DNA of 63,461 nucleotides from sequence record DRR378314_1709, one strand, 5' to 3'. Positions 60,809 through 63,461 of this stretch are shown here, piece after piece. The notes under the pieces are model-generated. The model saw only the letters and a list, made by a program, of their open reading frames with translations, did not search any database and was not told the origin of the DNA. The translations under genes and the position numbers were made by a program. Within the stretch, counting starts at the first letter, position 1, and each line of letters starts with the position of its first letter.

Positions 60809-61309
60809 TCATAAATAATGTGCCAAAATCACATATTCACCTTGTTCAGAAAAAACTACGCGCCCCATATCTTCTTTTAATATCCAAACATCATTTTCTT
60901 TCTCAATAGATTGAAAAGAGTCTACTTTTTGGCTGTAATAAGACATCATTGCCGTTTGCAATGGTTTAAGCGGATATCTAGCTAAATAAATCCATATCTT
61001 TTCTCCATTACTTTCATATCCTGAAATTGGAGTAATGGGTCCCTTTAAAGATTCTTCATGTCCTGGAGACTTAGTCAGTGGCATTAGTATCCATTGTCCG
61101 TTTTCTCCCTCAAACAACGTCCATTCAGTATCTTCTATGGGACAAAGCCAAAAAATTATTTCCCCTCCGGGACAATATGGATAAAACTGGCTCAACTCTT
61201 TCCAGTCAGGAATTTCTGGTTTTCTCAAAAAAAGAGCATCAATATTGATGGATGAACTAATCGGTTGCTCAGCCCAGCTCCAGTCCTCTAAAACTACGGG
61301 TAAATCCAT
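60809..61309 (-). CDS. Hypothetical protein, paralog of 60195..60701
   Basis: Aligns without gaps to the adjacent ORF. Starts 2 nt after the tadE-like stop, with an AAGGA RBS. Confidence 0.75.
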   Translation of the reverse strand: MDLPVVLEDWSWAEQPISSSINIDALFLRKPEIPDWKELSQFYPYCPGGEIIFWLCPIEDTEWTLFEGENGQWILMPLTKSPGHEESLKGPITPISGYESNGEKIWIYLARYPLKPLQTAMMSYYSQKVDSFQSIEKENDVWILKEDMGRVVFSEQGEYVILAHYL

Positions 61310-61311
61310 AA

Positions 61312-61851
61312 CTATTCCTTTTTTTGAAGTACTTCCTCGGGTACGACATCTGGAGATATCGTACCGAAAACTAAATAATCGGAACTAAGCTCTTTAGCCA
61401 AAAAAAGTGAGCTAAGCCCATCTTGGATTAATTCTGTTATTTCTCCCGAGAGTAAGTTATTTACAACTAAAGACGCAGGCCTAGTCGATAGCTCCTCGCT
61501 GCTTCTTGCCTGCCAACTATCTGTTAACCTACTCATTGGATAAAAAGGTTTTTTATCCAGTTTCTTCAACTCTCTTAAGTTTTTCCCTTGGAGCTTTACT
61601 GGAAGAAGTCTATTTAGAGGGATAAATAACTTTTCTGTATGTTTATTTAGCCGATACTCTCCCGATAATTGAGCTCGATCAACATCCATAACCCTGCTCC
61701 AAATAATTTTACGAGCCTCAATAAGGTTAACGGTACTGTTGTTAATCGCAGGTATAAGGACTTGATACAACGACAAGTAAATAGCTAGCAAAATACCAAT
61801 TGATAACATGACCTCAACAGTAGCTTGACCTTTACATTTAAAGCGCATCAC
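61312..61851 (-). CDS. TadE/TadF-like pseudopilin
   Basis: KG|QATVE prepilin motif followed by a hydrophobic helix. Confidence 0.7.
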   Translation of the reverse strand: MMRFKCKGQATVEVMLSIGILLAIYLSLYQVLIPAINNSTVNLIEARKIIWSRVMDVDRAQLSGEYRLNKHTEKLFIPLNRLLPVKLQGKNLRELKKLDKKPFYPMSRLTDSWQARSSEELSTRPASLVVNNLLSGEITELIQDGLSSLFLAKELSSDYLVFGTISPDVVPEEVLQKKE

Positions 61852-63061
61852 GACCTAAAATTCCTGTTTTATCTTTATAAGATATTGAAGTTAGCTGAGG
61901 CTCCCAGAGCGCATTAAACAAGTTATCCGTTTCATAAAGATCATCTTTTCTATAGAAGATTTTGTCTGGACGACTAAAATGCGTTTTTGCTTTAGCATAT
62001 GCAACTTGGTTACTGTCCCCCACTTTTATTATCACCGTATCCATGCCCATCTTTAAAAAGTTGCTTAGCCGCATATAGCTAAATTTTTGTGGGTTCGAAT
62101 TAAACGACTCCATCTGCGCCAAACCAAGTCTGGAAGACATAGAATTACTTTGAAAGGCTGCACCATAACCAGAGCGATGATAACGTCTTTGCTGTTGTGC
62201 TTTAGCGCCCCAGCCTAATGGCAATTGCTCCCGAAAACTTCCTACGAACCATTTTCGCCCGTGAAGCGAAACGGAATCCAGCGCATGCCAGTCCCAGCCT
62301 CCGTTTCTGTTCCTTGATAATTCTGTTCCTCCACGCTTTATTATTTTATGAGTGAATACGTCTATCCAGTTATATCCTCTGGATTTGCTGAAGGGATCCA
62401 GACTTTTCAGTGTCAACTCTTCTAGTTCTTTTGATTGTCTTTCGTTACTGGTTTTACGGACTTCTGTTTTGCGCCACCAAAGAGTTGGAAATGGCACAAC
62501 ACCACCTCCCTGATACGCTTCCCAACTTAGATCTCCTGAATGTTTAGAAACGATATCTTGAATAAGAAGTGGTAGCTCCAAGACGAAACTTGCATCTAAA
62601 AGTCTCTGTGCCGCTGATATTCCCTGTATCACAGCCGATTGAAAACGGATTAAGACGCGCGCCAATTGCTGATAACCTTCCTCGACTCGGTCGAGAATGG
62701 TTGATAACACTCTGGTTATTTGCCCGATATAAGGAATGAATGACGTTACTGTCTCTAAGTTGTCCGCCGTCCGGTCTAACATAGACATATAGCTCGCTAG
62801 ACCAACCCACTGAGCTATTGCTACCTGGTTTCCAATAAGTGCACGATTTGTTAAAGATAGAAAATTCATCTGCCGGGACATAGCAACAGCTGCGCTATAA
62901 GCCGCGTTATCAGCAACACTTTGCAAGTACCATTGACGCCGGGCGTGTTTTCCCATGTCCGTTACAGCGAAAAGCAACATCGAAACGAGTAACAAAACCC
63001 CGACCATTAAAATCAGGGTTTGTCCTTTTATTCGCGTATTGGATTTTCCCAAAGCAATCAT
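61838..63061 (-). CDS. tadG: TadG-like pilus protein
   Basis: KG|QTL..TM..D.G......LQS.AD.AA.SAA Tad N-terminal motif. No obvious vWA DxSxS motif. Confidence 0.75.
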   Translation of the reverse strand: MIALGKSNTRIKGQTLILMVGVLLLVSMLLFAVTDMGKHARRQWYLQSVADNAAYSAAVAMSRQMNFLSLTNRALIGNQVAIAQWVGLASYMSMLDRTADNLETVTSFIPYIGQITRVLSTILDRVEEGYQQLARVLIRFQSAVIQGISAAQRLLDASFVLELPLLIQDIVSKHSGDLSWEAYQGGGVVPFPTLWWRKTEVRKTSNERQSKELEELTLKSLDPFSKSRGYNWIDVFTHKIIKRGGTELSRNRNGGWDWHALDSVSLHGRKWFVGSFREQLPLGWGAKAQQQRRYHRSGYGAAFQSNSMSSRLGLAQMESFNSNPQKFSYMRLSNFLKMGMDTVIIKVGDSNQVAYAKAKTHFSRPDKIFYRKDDLYETDNLFNALWEPQLTSISYKDKTGILGRDAL

Positions 63062-63336
63062 TTCTTCTTGCCTTGCTCGGTGGCCTCGTCATAATTTCCG
63101 AGGTTTACTTCAGTATTTGCCACAGTTCCTGCGCGCCTTGACGACTGGCGAGCTCGGTTTAACTGTTGCGTAGATGATTGCCCTGTCATTTCTTGAGCAA
63201 GTCCAGCCACCTGGTTACGTATGGACTTACCAAAAAGTGAATAGACTCCGATTGCAGCAACAGCAATCAAAGCGACAATAATGATGTATTCCGTCATTCC
63301 CTGACCACGAGAACGCCGAGCTAAATGCGTATTCAT
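63058..63336 (-). CDS. flp: Flp-family major pilin
   Basis: RG|QGMTEYIIIVALIAVAAI matches the Flp G-X4-EY motif. Strong AGGAGG RBS. Confidence 0.85.
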   Translation of the reverse strand: MNTHLARRSRGQGMTEYIIIVALIAVAAIGVYSLFGKSIRNQVAGLAQEMTGQSSTQQLNRARQSSRRAGTVANTEVNLGNYDEATEQGKKK

Positions 63337-63461
63337 AATTCCCTCCTGGCAATAGGCAACACCGTAATTGGCGTTGACGTCAGGAAGTATAAAACGAGTT
63401 TTAGAGGGTCAGATCAGAAGTAGCAAATGTCTTACTCAATATTAAGATATTTATGCATCTG

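Noticed and set aside
60759..60812. 17-codon ORF (MTGILKIYLHKNGKLLF) overlapping the stop of the 60809..61309 gene
   Set aside because: No prepilin motif and no similarity to the small prepilin that follows the other paralog; likely chance.
1..63461. CRISPR arrays, rRNA/tRNA/tmRNA genes, IS elements, prophage, retron or other defence genes
   Set aside because: No regularly spaced repeats, RNA-gene signatures, or transposase, integrase or reverse transcriptase motifs were seen by eye. Almost all sequence is accounted for by the listed genes.

Overview
This window is mostly core chromosome of a marine gammaproteobacterium; the gene content and order look Alteromonadales/Idiomarina-like, which is an inference. 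It opens with the rpsB 5' end and its t44/S2 leader RNA, followed by map-glnD-dapD, truC/yqcC, syd/queF, an M61 peptidase, a diguanylate cyclase, ppnN, isocitrate dehydrogenase and gcvA-ygdD-rlmM. The middle holds a divergent branched-chain amino acid catabolism locus (ivd and liuRABCDE-aacS) with one perfect LiuR palindrome, then a GGDEF-EAL gene, ETF-QO, hns, rcsF-tsaA-proS, gpt/NCS2, prmB-aroC-epmC, smrB, sixA, ratAB and smpB. The last ~9 kb is an AT-richer Tad/Flp pilus cluster that runs into the 3' end of smpB. Four observations stand out. (1) The Tad cluster is atypical: it has DUF192 and a gapless tandem pair of unknown paralogs, and no tadZ or tadV in the window. (2) An in-frame amber stop interrupts the apparent N-terminus of tadA. 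(3) A secreted beta-repeat gene sits antisense inside rcsF-tsaA-proS and has a full sigma54/IHF/PspF-like promoter layout. (4) A YigM/BioP-like transporter sits antisense inside the ivd operon, next to the biotin-dependent carboxylase genes. I saw no CRISPR array, rRNA, tRNA, tmRNA, transposase or integrase. All assignments come from motif recognition by eye; no searches were run.
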